Source of the DNA: an uncultured Spirochaetota bacterium
Lineage (GTDB): Bacteria; Spirochaetota; Spirochaetia; SZUA-6; Fen-1364
DNA length: 64,000 nucleotides
Reading direction: 5' to 3'
NCBI GenBank assembly: GCA_963845535.1
Contig: CAWJSK010000018.1
Location: forward strand, 96,001 to 160,000
Shown: in pieces, positions 1-9,374 of the stretch
Numbering within the stretch: position 1 is the first letter of the stretch
How the letters are laid out: each line of letters begins with the position of its first letter
Notes under the pieces: model-generated
What the model saw: the letters and a program-made list of their open reading frames with translations, nothing else
Told to the model about the DNA's origin: nothing
The model's database searches: none
Translations under genes and position numbers: made by a program

Positions 1-13
1 GCTTCATACTCAC

Positions 14-376
14 TTGATGGTCACTTTCTCGCAGTCGTCGGTAGACCGCGGCGGTTCTCGCTACAGGATCGATGTGGTCAATATCCGCGCCGCCGCAGAC
101 CCGGTGACGCGCGCGGCCCTTGAGGTGATCGTCTCGACGGGTCTTCGCATTGGCGGGCTACCCGCGCTCCAAATGCGGAAGGACCTCAGCTATTACACCG
201 AGAGCAAGGGCAAGCGCTTCGGGATGCGGTGGCTGCAGAAGGCCCGGGGCACATCTCCATCACGGAGCACTACCTCCAGAACAGCCTGGCGCTGGACGCG
301 GGGAAGATGTAGGGTTGTATTGCCCAACACTTTTGTCTATATTTACCCGACGTTGGGTATTAGGGGGCAAAGGTAA
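14..376 (+). pseudogene. Degenerate tyrosine recombinase/integrase fragment
   Basis: RAALEVIVSTGLRIGGL resembles integrase box I (TGLR), followed by a KGK turn (YYTESKGK). No HxxR or catalytic Tyr motif follows and the sequence degrades. It may continue from before the window. Confidence 0.5.
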
Positions 377-684
377 TGGCGGTAATTGATTCCATTCTCA
401 AAGAGGAGATCGCACGCCTGCGGTCGCTTCGTGCGCACTATGCTGCAAAAAATGCAGCCCTCCCCGCGGGAACTCTCGTCATCAAGAAGAGGAACGGGCG
501 CCAGTACGCCTATCGTGCTTACCGCGAGGGCAGCCGCGTTGTAACGCTATACGTTGGACCCGCGTCATCCCCAAAGGTAAAGAAGCTCTCCGCCTCCCTA
601 AGTCAGCGGCGCAAGATTCATGCGGAAATCAAGGCAGTCGATGCGAGCGCGGCGCGCCTGAAGAAAATGCTCAGTGTCCGATGA
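376..684 (+). CDS. Small basic protein (helix / beta-sheet / helix), putative partner or antitoxin of the downstream nucleotidyltransferase
   Basis: 102 aa, ATG preceded by AAGG. Contains LPxGTLVIKKRNGRQYAYRAYREGxRVVTLYVG. Overlaps the next gene by 11 nt. Confidence 0.65.
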   Translation: MAVIDSILKEEIARLRSLRAHYAAKNAALPAGTLVIKKRNGRQYAYRAYREGSRVVTLYVGPASSPKVKKLSASLSQRRKIHAEIKAVDASAARLKKMLSVR

Positions 685-1429
685 CTTTGAGCTTTTCACC
701 TCCGTCCTCCAGGCCCTGGAGGACGTGGGGATACTTTCGGACATAGTAATCATCGGGGGCTGGGCGCAGCATCTCTATCGTCAGTATTTCAACGATCCCC
801 CGGAGCTCTCCGTACTGCGCACGGGTGACATCGACATTCTTTTCGCGCGCCCGCCTATCATCAAACCAGTGGGAAACCTCGAAAAAGCACTCACGGCCCG
901 TGGATTTGACCGGATCTACGGTGAGGATGGAACTACCAAGTTCAGCACCCTTGAGGCAGAAATAGAGTTCCTGGTCCCCGAGAGGGGAAGGGGGGATGAG
1001 AAGCCCTATCTCATCAAAGATCTTGCCATCCGTGCCTCAAGCCTACGCCTTGTCGACATGCTGATGGTGGATCCGGTTGAAGTGAGGTATGGGAAACACA
1101 AAATCAAGATTCCAGACCCGATACGATTCTGCTTTAACAAATTGCTGGTCAGTCAGCGACGCAAGAAAAAAGACAAACGCGAAAAAGACCTCGGGACGGC
1201 GGTTGAGATCGCGGCGCTCCTTTCACGATTTCCGAAATGGCGAAAGCTTTTGCCCGGTCGGCTTGAGGAGCTTCCCAGGAAGCAGCGGGCGCTCGTTCTT
1301 TCATTATTGAAACAGAATGGCAGCCCTGCGGTCGCGGCAATGGGCGTTGTGGGAGTCGGTCACGCAGGGGCGATGAGGATGGGGAACAATGCGCGGCCGT
1401 CCCTCCCACCGGGCAGGAGGCCGCAGTGA
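674..1429 (+). CDS. Pol-beta-superfamily nucleotidyltransferase (GSU2403/NTP_transf_8-like; AbiEii-like fold)
   Basis: IIGGWA motif, RTGDIDIL (DxD), later IEFL, and a C-terminal K..KREKD helix. GTG start overlaps the upstream gene. Confidence 0.75.
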   Translation: MSDDFELFTSVLQALEDVGILSDIVIIGGWAQHLYRQYFNDPPELSVLRTGDIDILFARPPIIKPVGNLEKALTARGFDRIYGEDGTTKFSTLEAEIEFLVPERGRGDEKPYLIKDLAIRASSLRLVDMLMVDPVEVRYGKHKIKIPDPIRFCFNKLLVSQRRKKKDKREKDLGTAVEIAALLSRFPKWRKLLPGRLEELPRKQRALVLSLLKQNGSPAVAAMGVVGVGHAGAMRMGNNARPSLPPGRRPQ

Positions 1430-1559
1430 TCGTGAAGGGCCGGACCGGGCCGGTATGCCCAAGACAATATCCGAACGCTGGCTCCGAAGGACAAGATAAG
1501 ACCTGTAAACAGATTCCTCTAACCTTTTGACTCATAGAGAATGTCGCCGGATAGTTCCT

Positions 1560-2072
1560 CTATTTGGATGCGCCCTTCAGGATCTCGCGAATGGCCTTGA
1601 GATGGTTCAGGTCATGCCCTGCCATCATTTCCGTAACGCGCGTCACTGTCTCTTTCCCCCGCTCGGAGTGCATGCCGTAGCGATCCCAGGCGTCTCGGGG
1701 AAGGCTCTTCAAGAGCCGCACGGTCCGCTCACGCGTCACGCGGTAGGCTTCTATGGACAGCGCGGGGTCATGCTTTGCGTAGTCGGAGTAGCGGGCCCAT
1801 TCGTCCTGGTCGAAGCCTTGAATGGCGCAGCCGCTTGCTCCCAGGATCAACCGGAGCCGGAACCCCTGGACAAGCTCCGTGTCCGCCAGGTGCGCAAGAA
1901 TCTCCGTCACCGACCACTTGTCAGGCGCCGGGCGCTTGGCCAGCTTCTTCTTCGTGACTCCCTGGATGAGTCGGGCAAGCTGCCGCGGTGAGGAAGCGAG
2001 CACCTCAATGGGTTTCTTTCCATCAAGGTAGCCGCGGATCCTCTCGATGTACTGCTGAGGCGTTTCCTTCAT
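1560..2072 (-). CDS. DinB family protein
   Basis: KWSVTEILAHLADTE and GHDLNHL metal-binding His motifs. ATG at 2072 with GGAG upstream. Confidence 0.88.
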   Translation of the reverse strand: MKETPQQYIERIRGYLDGKKPIEVLASSPRQLARLIQGVTKKKLAKRPAPDKWSVTEILAHLADTELVQGFRLRLILGASGCAIQGFDQDEWARYSDYAKHDPALSIEAYRVTRERTVRLLKSLPRDAWDRYGMHSERGKETVTRVTEMMAGHDLNHLKAIREILKGASK

Positions 2073-2103
2073 CTGCCGGTCTCCTTGTCCAACCATACTA
2101 CGA

Positions 2104-2141
2104 GAGTCCGCGTAGAGTCAGCCCGCGACTCATGCGGACTC
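2104..2141. terminator. GC-rich hairpin downstream of amtB (possible terminator or stabilising stem)
   Basis: GAGTCCGC (2104-2111) pairs with GCGGACTC (2134-2141), with an inner GAGTC/GACTC pair. No strong U-tract. Confidence 0.4.
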
Positions 2142-2178
2142 CCGCGTTGTGGGCTACGCCACCGCGTGGGCTCCCGCG

Positions 2179-3390
2179 CTACAAGTACGCGTGCTCGCCA
2201 AGCTCCGCGGTGTCGAGCCCGACTTCCTCTTCCCCTTCAGCAACGTGCACGCGCGTGATTTTGTTGATCACCCACAGGGCTGCAAAGGCAATGAGGAAGG
2301 AATAGACTGCCGCCCCGAATCCCGCGGTGGCCTGTCTGCCAAGGAAGGCCCAGCCGCCGCGAAGCGCGCCGTCGAATCCCGACGCGTTCACCGCCAGGCT
2401 TCCGAACACACCGAGGCTGAGGATGCCGAGCACACCGCCAACGCCATGGACCCCCCAGACGTCGAGGGCGTCATCCCAGTGCAGCCTGTTCTTCAGAGTG
2501 ATGGCCAGGTAGCATACGAGTCCCGAGAGAATGCCGATAATGATGGCCGCGCCGGGAGTCACGTAGCCGGCCGCAGGGGTAATGGTGGCCAGCCCGGCAA
2601 TGGATCCCGTGAGAAGACCGAGGAACTTCGGCTTTTTTTCAAAGATCCACGCAAGGATCAGCCAGGTTACGGCGGCAAAGGAGGCCGCGAGGTCCGTATT
2701 CAGGAAAGCCGTCACCGTGATCTGGTCCACCCGAAGCTCGCTTCCCGCATTGAACCCGTACCAGCCGAACCAGAGGAGGCCGGTGCCAAGGGCGACCAGG
2801 GGGATGCTGTGAGGCCCGCGGTCCTTGACCTGCCTTGGTCCTATGAAAAAGACGGAGGCGAGGGCCGCGAACCCGGCGGAGGCGTGGACAACAATGCCGC
2901 CCGCGAAGTCCCTGACTCCCCACTGCGCGAGCAGGCCGCCTCCCCATATCATGTGCACGAGCGGGAAGTAGACCAAAATGAGCCAGACGACGAGGAAGAT
3001 GAAGTACGCCGAGAAACGGACCCTGTTGGCGAACGCGCCGGTGATCAGCGCCGGGGTGATGATGGCGAACATCATCTGGTAGACGACGAAGGCGAACATC
3101 GGGATCTGGCCGTCTCCGAAGGCCGTGTTGAGGTCCATTCCGTTGAGGAATGCCATGTGCAGGTCCCCAATGACGGCTCCCTGCCCTCCGGAGAAGCAGA
3201 GGGAGTAGCCGAAGGCAAACCAGATCACGTCCACCACGGCCAGAGAGAGGAAGCTCTGGATCATGATGGTGAGCACATTCTTCCTGCCGACCAGCCCTCC
3301 GTAGAAAAAGGCGAGCCCGGGGGTCATCAGCATGACAAGGCTTGCGGCAATGAGCATGAAACCGGTGTTTCCCGTGTCGAAGTGCGGCAT
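2179..3390 (-). CDS. amtB: Ammonium transporter
   Basis: MTPGLAFFYGG, FAIITPALITGA, DFAGGIVVH, WFGWYGFNAGS and DDALDVWGVHG motifs; multiple TM helices; AAGGAG RBS. Confidence 0.97.
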   Translation of the reverse strand: MPHFDTGNTGFMLIAASLVMLMTPGLAFFYGGLVGRKNVLTIMIQSFLSLAVVDVIWFAFGYSLCFSGGQGAVIGDLHMAFLNGMDLNTAFGDGQIPMFAFVVYQMMFAIITPALITGAFANRVRFSAYFIFLVVWLILVYFPLVHMIWGGGLLAQWGVRDFAGGIVVHASAGFAALASVFFIGPRQVKDRGPHSIPLVALGTGLLWFGWYGFNAGSELRVDQITVTAFLNTDLAASFAAVTWLILAWIFEKKPKFLGLLTGSIAGLATITPAAGYVTPGAAIIIGILSGLVCYLAITLKNRLHWDDALDVWGVHGVGGVLGILSLGVFGSLAVNASGFDGALRGGWAFLGRQATAGFGAAVYSFLIAFAALWVINKITRVHVAEGEEEVGLDTAELGEHAYL

Positions 3391-3454
3391 TCAGTTGTCT
3401 CCTTTCCGGTTGTGAGGTGAAAGACGTGCCCTGACCGCAAGACTGTACACCCTG

Positions 3455-3474
3455 TTCTTGCGCCGGCGCAAGAA
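3455..3474. promoter_or_regulatory. Perfect 20-bp palindrome between the divergent amtB and YCII genes
   Basis: TTCTTGCGCCGGCGCAAGAA is its own reverse complement. Confidence 0.45.
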
Positions 3475-3549
3475 AAATGCATCTTCTAAAGGTTGTCCCA
3501 TCCGGCCCCCTTCGCTCGTAATACAAGTAGATTCATGCGAGGAGGTATC

Positions 3550-3891
3550 ATGAACAGATACATGCTGATTCTCTGGGGCGGCGACGCCCGGATGGCGAAG
3601 ATGTCGCCTGAACAGATCCAGGATCACATGAAGCATTGGGGGACCTGGATGGAAAGCCTTTCCAAGCAGGGAGCCTGGGACGGCGGGGAGCCGCTGGGCT
3701 CCGAGGCCCGCCTGGTCAGGGGAGCGAAGAAACCCGTGACCGACGGACCCTATACGGAGGCCAAAGAGGCCGTGACCGGGTATGTGATCCTGAAGGCTGA
3801 CAGCATGGACAAGGCGGCGGAGATCTCGAAGGGATGTCCGCTGTTCGAGATCGACGGGACAGTGGAGGTGCGCCCCATACGAGCCATGTAG
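3550..3891 (+). CDS. YCII/DGPF-family protein
   Basis: VTDGPYTEAKEAVTGY and VEVRPI motifs; GGAGG RBS before ATG 3550. Confidence 0.92.
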   Translation: MNRYMLILWGGDARMAKMSPEQIQDHMKHWGTWMESLSKQGAWDGGEPLGSEARLVRGAKKPVTDGPYTEAKEAVTGYVILKADSMDKAAEISKGCPLFEIDGTVEVRPIRAM

Positions 3892-5168
3892 AACAATCAG
3901 GCAAGGTCTCGGAGCTGGTCGACCATCTTTTCCGGCAGCAAGCGGGGAAGATGGTCGCCGTCCTTTCGCGCATCCTCGGCTTTCGAAACATCGAGACGGC
4001 AGAGGAGATCGTCCAGGAGACGCTTCTGACGGCGCTCCAGGTCTGGTCATTTCGCGGAGTGCCGCCAAACCCGGCGGGTTGGCTCATGGTGGCCGCCCGG
4101 AACAAGGCCATCGATCACATCAGGAGGGAGCGAAACAGGCTGAAGGTCGCCAACGACCTGAGCCTGGCGTTAGACTCCGAGTGGACGCTTTCCTCAGCGG
4201 TGGGTCGGGAGTTCGAGGAGTCCCGGGTACAGGACAGCCTCCTTCGGATGATCTTCACCTGTTGTGATCCGCGTCTCCTTCTGCAAGACCAGGTGGCGCT
4301 CACCCTGAAGTTTCCCGGCGGATTCTCCATCCCAGAGATCTCAGCGGCCCTCCTGAGCGAAGAGGAGGCGGTGCGCAAGCGCCTCTACCGGGCGCGCCAG
4401 CGCCTGCGGAAAGACAAGGAAGCGCTCCAGATGCCCGCGGATTCCGAGCTGGCTGCGCGCCTCGACGCCGTCCTCCAGGTCGTGTACCTGATCTTCAGCG
4501 AGGGGTACAAGACAGCGGAGGGAGAGGCGTTGATCCGAACGGAGTTGTGCGAGGAAGCGATTCGTCTGGCTTCACTTCTTGCCGAGCACCCTTCCTGCGC
4601 TCAGCCCCGGACGTTCGCCCTGCTCGCCCTTCAGTGTTTCCAGGCCGCCCGCCTGTCCGCGCGGACTTTCGAGGACGGCTCCATCTGCCAGCTCGAGGAG
4701 CAGGACAGGTCAACCTGGGATACCGGCCTGATCAATCAAGGCTTCCGCTTCCTCGACCTTTCCGCCCAGGGGACCGAGCTCACTCGCTACCACGTGGAGG
4801 CCGCCATCGCGTCCTGCCATTGCGCGGCTTCTGCTTTCGAAAAAACGGACTGGCGCATGATTGTCACTCTGTACGAAAAGCTGCTTTCGATTTATGACAC
4901 CCCGGTCGTGCGGCTGAACAGGGCCGTTGCAATCGGCTTTGCTTTCGGGGCAGACGCGGCGCTTCGGGAGTTGGAGCTGATCAGGGAGAGTGGCGCGCTT
5001 TCCCGATACTATCTTCTGTATGCAAGTTTGGGCGAGTTCCGCCTGAGGGCCGGCGACCTGGCGGCGGCGAGGGTTGATTTCGAAACGGCGGCCGGGATGT
5101 GCAAGTCCGTCAAGGAGAAAGAGTTCCTCAAGCGGCGCATTGTCCGCTGCGAAGCACAAAGCGCCTGA
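3834..5168 (+). CDS. ECF sigma-70 factor with C-terminal DUF6596/TPR-like extension (ECF42-type); start uncertain
   Basis: AEEIVQE..W...GVPPNPAGWL..ARNKAID (region 2), LRMIFTCC.P, YLIFSEGY, LEEQDRSTWD and LNRAVA motifs; directly follows a DGPF gene. Confidence 0.9.
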   Translation: MSAVRDRRDSGGAPHTSHVEQSGKVSELVDHLFRQQAGKMVAVLSRILGFRNIETAEEIVQETLLTALQVWSFRGVPPNPAGWLMVAARNKAIDHIRRERNRLKVANDLSLALDSEWTLSSAVGREFEESRVQDSLLRMIFTCCDPRLLLQDQVALTLKFPGGFSIPEISAALLSEEEAVRKRLYRARQRLRKDKEALQMPADSELAARLDAVLQVVYLIFSEGYKTAEGEALIRTELCEEAIRLASLLAEHPSCAQPRTFALLALQCFQAARLSARTFEDGSICQLEEQDRSTWDTGLINQGFRFLDLSAQGTELTRYHVEAAIASCHCAASAFEKTDWRMIVTLYEKLLSIYDTPVVRLNRAVAIGFAFGADAALRELELIRESGALSRYYLLYASLGEFRLRAGDLAAARVDFETAAGMCKSVKEKEFLKRRIVRCEAQSA

Positions 5169-5184
5169 GGCCCTCCAGCCGGAT

Positions 5185-6579
5185 CTACTTCCAGGCGCCT
5201 CCGCGGGCCGCGCGCTTGAGGAACTGACCGCGCCCCGGGGTGCCGAGGAACTTGTCCCCGTCCACGATCACCTCTCCGCGGGACATCACCATGCGCGCGT
5301 TGCCCCTCACCGGGAACCCCTCGAACATCGAGTAGTCCACCTTCATGTGATGGGTCGCCGCGCTGATGGTGTAGGGAGCCTCGGGGTCCCAGATCACGAG
5401 GTCCGCATCACTTCCAACGGCGATCTCCCCTTTGCGCGGGTACATCCCGAAGATCCGGGCCGGCGTGGTTGATGTCAGCTCCACGAAGCGGTTCAGGGAC
5501 AGCTTTCCTTCGTTCACGCCGTGATGGTAGATGAGCTGGAGCCGGTTCTCGATGCCGGGCCCGCCGTTGGGGATCTTGGTGAAGTCATCCTTGCCCAGGA
5601 TCTTCTGGTCCTTGAAGCAGAACGGACAATGGTCGGTGGAGATGACTTGCAGATGGTCGTGCTTCAGGCCTTCCCACAGCTTGGCCTGGTGCTCCTTGGG
5701 CCGAAGGGGCGGAGTGAAGACGTACTTGGCACCCTCGAAGTTCGGCCGCGCCAGCTCGTCCTGGGAGAGCAGAAGGTATTGCGGGCAGGTCTCGGCAAAT
5801 GCAGGAACTCCGCGATCACGCGCTTCACGCACTTCGTTCAGCGCGTCCTCCGAGGAAAGGTGGACGATGTAGACCGGCACCTGCGCGATCTCCGCCATGG
5901 CGATTGCGCGGTGCACCGCCTCTGCCTCCGCGCCGGGCGGGCGGGTGAGCGCGTGGTAGATGGGGGCCGTCTTCCCTTCCGCAATGGCGCGCGCCACGAT
6001 CACGTCGATCACGCTCCCGTTCTCCGCGTGCATGCAGATGAGCGCCCCGTTCTTCGAGGTCTGGGAAAGCGCCTTGAAGATGGTTGCGTCATCCACCATC
6101 AGGACGTTGGGGTAGGCCATGAAGAGCTTGAAGCTTGCCACCCCTTCGCGGACCATGTCATCCATGTCCTCCAGGCCGGCGTTGCCCAGGTCAGTGATGA
6201 TCATGTGGAGGCCATAGTCGATGCACGCCCGGCCCTCAGCCTTTTTCCACCATGTATCCAGCGCCTGGCGCATGCGCGTGCCGCGGGCCTGGATGGCAAA
6301 ATCCACGATTGAGGTGGTCCCGCCAAACGCGGCGGCCCGGGTCCCTGACTCGAAGTCATCCGCTGACGTGGTGCCGCCGAACGGCATGTCCAGATGGGTA
6401 TGGGCGTCGATTCCGCCGGGGATCACGTAGTACCCAGCGGCCTCAATCACGCGGGAGGCCGACTTTTCCGGGATTCCGGCGCGGACCTCTTTGATACGAT
6501 CTCCTTCGACAAGGATGTCGGCGCTCACCGTGTCCCGCGCCGTCACGACAGTTCCATTCCGAATCAACGTTGTTGCCAT
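5185..6579 (-). CDS. hydA: Dihydropyrimidinase / D-hydantoinase
   Basis: PGGIDAHTH, SFKLFMAY, HAENG, STDHCPF and IPNGGPG motifs; in an operon with preTA. Confidence 0.95.
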   Translation of the reverse strand: MATTLIRNGTVVTARDTVSADILVEGDRIKEVRAGIPEKSASRVIEAAGYYVIPGGIDAHTHLDMPFGGTTSADDFESGTRAAAFGGTTSIVDFAIQARGTRMRQALDTWWKKAEGRACIDYGLHMIITDLGNAGLEDMDDMVREGVASFKLFMAYPNVLMVDDATIFKALSQTSKNGALICMHAENGSVIDVIVARAIAEGKTAPIYHALTRPPGAEAEAVHRAIAMAEIAQVPVYIVHLSSEDALNEVREARDRGVPAFAETCPQYLLLSQDELARPNFEGAKYVFTPPLRPKEHQAKLWEGLKHDHLQVISTDHCPFCFKDQKILGKDDFTKIPNGGPGIENRLQLIYHHGVNEGKLSLNRFVELTSTTPARIFGMYPRKGEIAVGSDADLVIWDPEAPYTISAATHHMKVDYSMFEGFPVRGNARMVMSRGEVIVDGDKFLGTPGRGQFLKRAARGGAWK

Positions 6580-6589
6580 TCCTGCTCCC

Positions 6590-7966
6590 TCACGCGTCTC
6601 CCGGCTTCGCGTACACCCGCCCGGCGTCTCTCATAGCCTGGCTTTCCTTGGGCTTGCCCGTGGGAACCTCTTCCATGGTAATGCACCCGTCAACCGGACA
6701 CACGAGGGAGCAGAGGTTGCACCCCACGCATTCCTCCTCATCCACCACGGGGACTCGAAGCCCGTTGCCGTTCCCGTCTCCGCCCGCGGCGCGCGCTGCG
6801 TCCAGCTTCGCGATCGGCGTAAGGGCAATCCGCTGCCTGCTTGCCGCCTGGCGCGCGGCCGGGGTCTCCCGGCTGCCGTCATGATGGATGCACTGGTGCG
6901 CGCCGTCCCAGCAGGCCACATAGCACAGGTCGCAGCCAATGCACTTTGTCGGGTTGATGCGTGCCACGATCTTGTAGTTCAGGTCCAGGTGCTTCCATTC
7001 CGTCATCTTCGCAAGCGTGAGCCCGCGGAAATCATCAAGCGTCCGGTACCCCTTCTGGTCCATCCAGTGTGACAGGCCGTCAGCCATGTCCTCCACGATC
7101 CGATATCCGTAGTGCATGACCGCGGTGCAGACCTGCACGGTTCCGCAGCCCATGAGGATGAACTCCGCGGCCTCGCGCCATCCCGCAATCCCGCCAATTC
7201 CTGAGATCGGGATGCCCACGTCCGGGTCCGAGGCGATCTGCTGGACGAGGTGCAGCGCGATGGGCTTGACGGCCGGACCGCAGTAGCCGCCGTGGGCGGA
7301 GAAGCCGCCGACGTTGGGACGCGGCGTGAGGGTGTCCAGGTCGATCCCCGTGATCGAGTTGATCGTGTTGATTGCAGAAAGGGCGTCCGCGCCGCCTTTC
7401 TTTGCCGCCCGGGCAACGGTGCGGATGTCCGAGATATTCGGGGTGAGCTTGATCATGACGGGAGTGCGGGCGGCTTCCTTCACCCACTCAGTGATCATGC
7501 AGGAATACTCCGGCACTTGTCCGACAGCGGAGCCCATGCCGCGCTCGCTCATGCCGTGGGGACAGCCGAAGTTCAGCTCCAGGCCGTCAGCCCCCGCGTC
7601 CTCCGCGCGCTTTACAATGTCGTGCCAGACCTCCCTCTTCGACTCCACCATGAGGGAAGCGATCACCGTGTTCCTGGGGTAGCGCTTTTTCACCTCCGCC
7701 ATCTCACGAAGGTTGTCCTCAATGGGCCGGTCGGAGATCAGCTCGATGTTGTTCAGCCCCATCATGCGCTGCCCGTTCCAATCCACCGAGGAGTAGCGCG
7801 AGGCGGTGTTCACGATGGGCTCCCCGATGGTTTTCCATACCGCGCCGCCCCAGCCGGCGTCGAACGCCCGCTGGATCTGCTCTCCGCTGTTTGTCGGAGG
7901 AGCGGATGCAAGCCAGAACGGGTTGGGAGTGCGGATGCCCATGAACCGTGTCGATAGCTCTGCCAT
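6590..7966 (-). CDS. preA: NAD-dependent dihydropyrimidine dehydrogenase subunit PreA
   Basis: NPFWLASAPPT, LNFGCPHGMSERGMG and KLTPNI motifs, plus two C-terminal CxxCxxC ferredoxin motifs. Confidence 0.95.
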   Translation of the reverse strand: MAELSTRFMGIRTPNPFWLASAPPTNSGEQIQRAFDAGWGGAVWKTIGEPIVNTASRYSSVDWNGQRMMGLNNIELISDRPIEDNLREMAEVKKRYPRNTVIASLMVESKREVWHDIVKRAEDAGADGLELNFGCPHGMSERGMGSAVGQVPEYSCMITEWVKEAARTPVMIKLTPNISDIRTVARAAKKGGADALSAINTINSITGIDLDTLTPRPNVGGFSAHGGYCGPAVKPIALHLVQQIASDPDVGIPISGIGGIAGWREAAEFILMGCGTVQVCTAVMHYGYRIVEDMADGLSHWMDQKGYRTLDDFRGLTLAKMTEWKHLDLNYKIVARINPTKCIGCDLCYVACWDGAHQCIHHDGSRETPAARQAASRQRIALTPIAKLDAARAAGGDGNGNGLRVPVVDEEECVGCNLCSLVCPVDGCITMEEVPTGKPKESQAMRDAGRVYAKPGDA

Positions 7967-7977
7967 GCCTCACCCCC

Positions 7978-9309
7978 TCATGCCGCTGCAAGCTGCCGGG
8001 CCATGGCCAGCGCTGCCCGCTTGCCGTCCGCCACCGCGTCCACCACTTCCCGCCCGCCGTTCACGCAGTCCCCGCCCGCGAAGTACTTCGGGTTCGCCGT
8101 TCTGCCCGTCGGGCGGTCCACGCTGATTGAGCCGCCGGATATTTCTACGCCCCGTGTGGCCCGAAGGACCTCCATGAGGCGCCCCTGGCCAAGGGCGGGG
8201 ATCACCATGTCGCAGGTGAACTCGAAATCGGACCCGGGGACGGGCGTCGCGTTGCGCCGCCCCGTGGCATCAGGTTTTCCCAGCCGCGTGCGCGTGAACC
8301 TCACGCCCACCGCACGCCCGTCCTTCGACAATATCTCCACGGGCTGTGAGAGCCAATGGAAATACACTCCTTCGAGCCTCGAGTGGTCATATTCGAACGG
8401 GAACGCCGGCATCTCCTCTTCGGTGCGCCGGTAAAAGACGTGCACTTCATCCGCTTCGAGCCTGCGGGCGGCATTGGCGGCGTCCAGCGCGGTGTTGCCT
8501 CCGCCCAGCACGGCCACGACGCTGCCCACGGGAAAATCAGGGTCCGTCTTGTAGCGCTCGATGAAATGCAGCGCGTCGATCACGCCGCGGGCGTCCTCCC
8601 CGGGGATGCCGAGGCGCTGCATTGCTCCGAGCCCCATCCCCAGGAACACGAGTGAAAACGACTGCTCCAGCTCCTCCAGCGTGATATCGGTTCCAACCTC
8701 GGCTTTTCGGAACTCCACCCCGAGCTTTCGGATCAGCTCGACTTCCTTGAGGCTGTCGGAGGGCCGAAGCTTGTACTCGGCGATGCCATACGTGGTCAGG
8801 CCGCCGAGAAGCGGGCGGTTGTCGAAAACGGTCACCGCGTAGCCTTGCCGGCGAAGCTCCGCGGCGCAGGCAAGGGAGGCCGGACCTCCCCCAATGCAGG
8901 CTACTCTTTGCGTGCGGGACGCCGCGGCCATCGGGAGCGACCCGCCGCGCTCGAAGAAGTCCTCCATGGCATGTCGCTGGAGCCGGCCGATCTCGATGGG
9001 CTTCTTGTTGTAACGGTGCATGACGCACGCCCCCTCGCAAAGCACCTCCACGGGGCACACGCGGGCGCAGCTCATTCCGAGCACGTTGGAGTCCAGAATG
9101 GTCCGCGCCGAGCCCTCGACGTTGCCGCTTGCGATCTTCTTGATGAAGCCCGGCACGTCGATGTGCGTTGGACAGGCAGCAGTGCACGGCGCATCGAAGC
9201 AGTTCAGGCACCGGTTGGCCTCTGTCACCGCCGACCGGGGATCAAGGGCGGGATGAAGGTCAGGGAACCGTTCGAGGTTCCTCCGGACGGGAAGCTCGGG
9301 AGATGTCAT
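7978..9309 (-). CDS. preT: Dihydropyrimidine dehydrogenase subunit PreT (GltD-like flavo/Fe-S protein)
   Basis: EANRCLNCFDAPC..ACP, CARVCP..LCEGAC, GGGPAS and GGGNTALD motifs; ATG 9309 with GGAGG. Confidence 0.9.
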   Translation of the reverse strand: MTSPELPVRRNLERFPDLHPALDPRSAVTEANRCLNCFDAPCTAACPTHIDVPGFIKKIASGNVEGSARTILDSNVLGMSCARVCPVEVLCEGACVMHRYNKKPIEIGRLQRHAMEDFFERGGSLPMAAASRTQRVACIGGGPASLACAAELRRQGYAVTVFDNRPLLGGLTTYGIAEYKLRPSDSLKEVELIRKLGVEFRKAEVGTDITLEELEQSFSLVFLGMGLGAMQRLGIPGEDARGVIDALHFIERYKTDPDFPVGSVVAVLGGGNTALDAANAARRLEADEVHVFYRRTEEEMPAFPFEYDHSRLEGVYFHWLSQPVEILSKDGRAVGVRFTRTRLGKPDATGRRNATPVPGSDFEFTCDMVIPALGQGRLMEVLRATRGVEISGGSISVDRPTGRTANPKYFAGGDCVNGGREVVDAVADGKRAALAMARQLAAA

Positions 9310-9374
9310 GACGGTGCGCCCTCCACCGGACAATAATACTCACGGCTTGTTCGGATCGGATACGTGAATGCGCG

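Noticed and set aside
14..376. Functional integrase or a defined att site
   Set aside because: The C-terminal catalytic motifs are missing and no flanking direct repeat or tRNA end was found.
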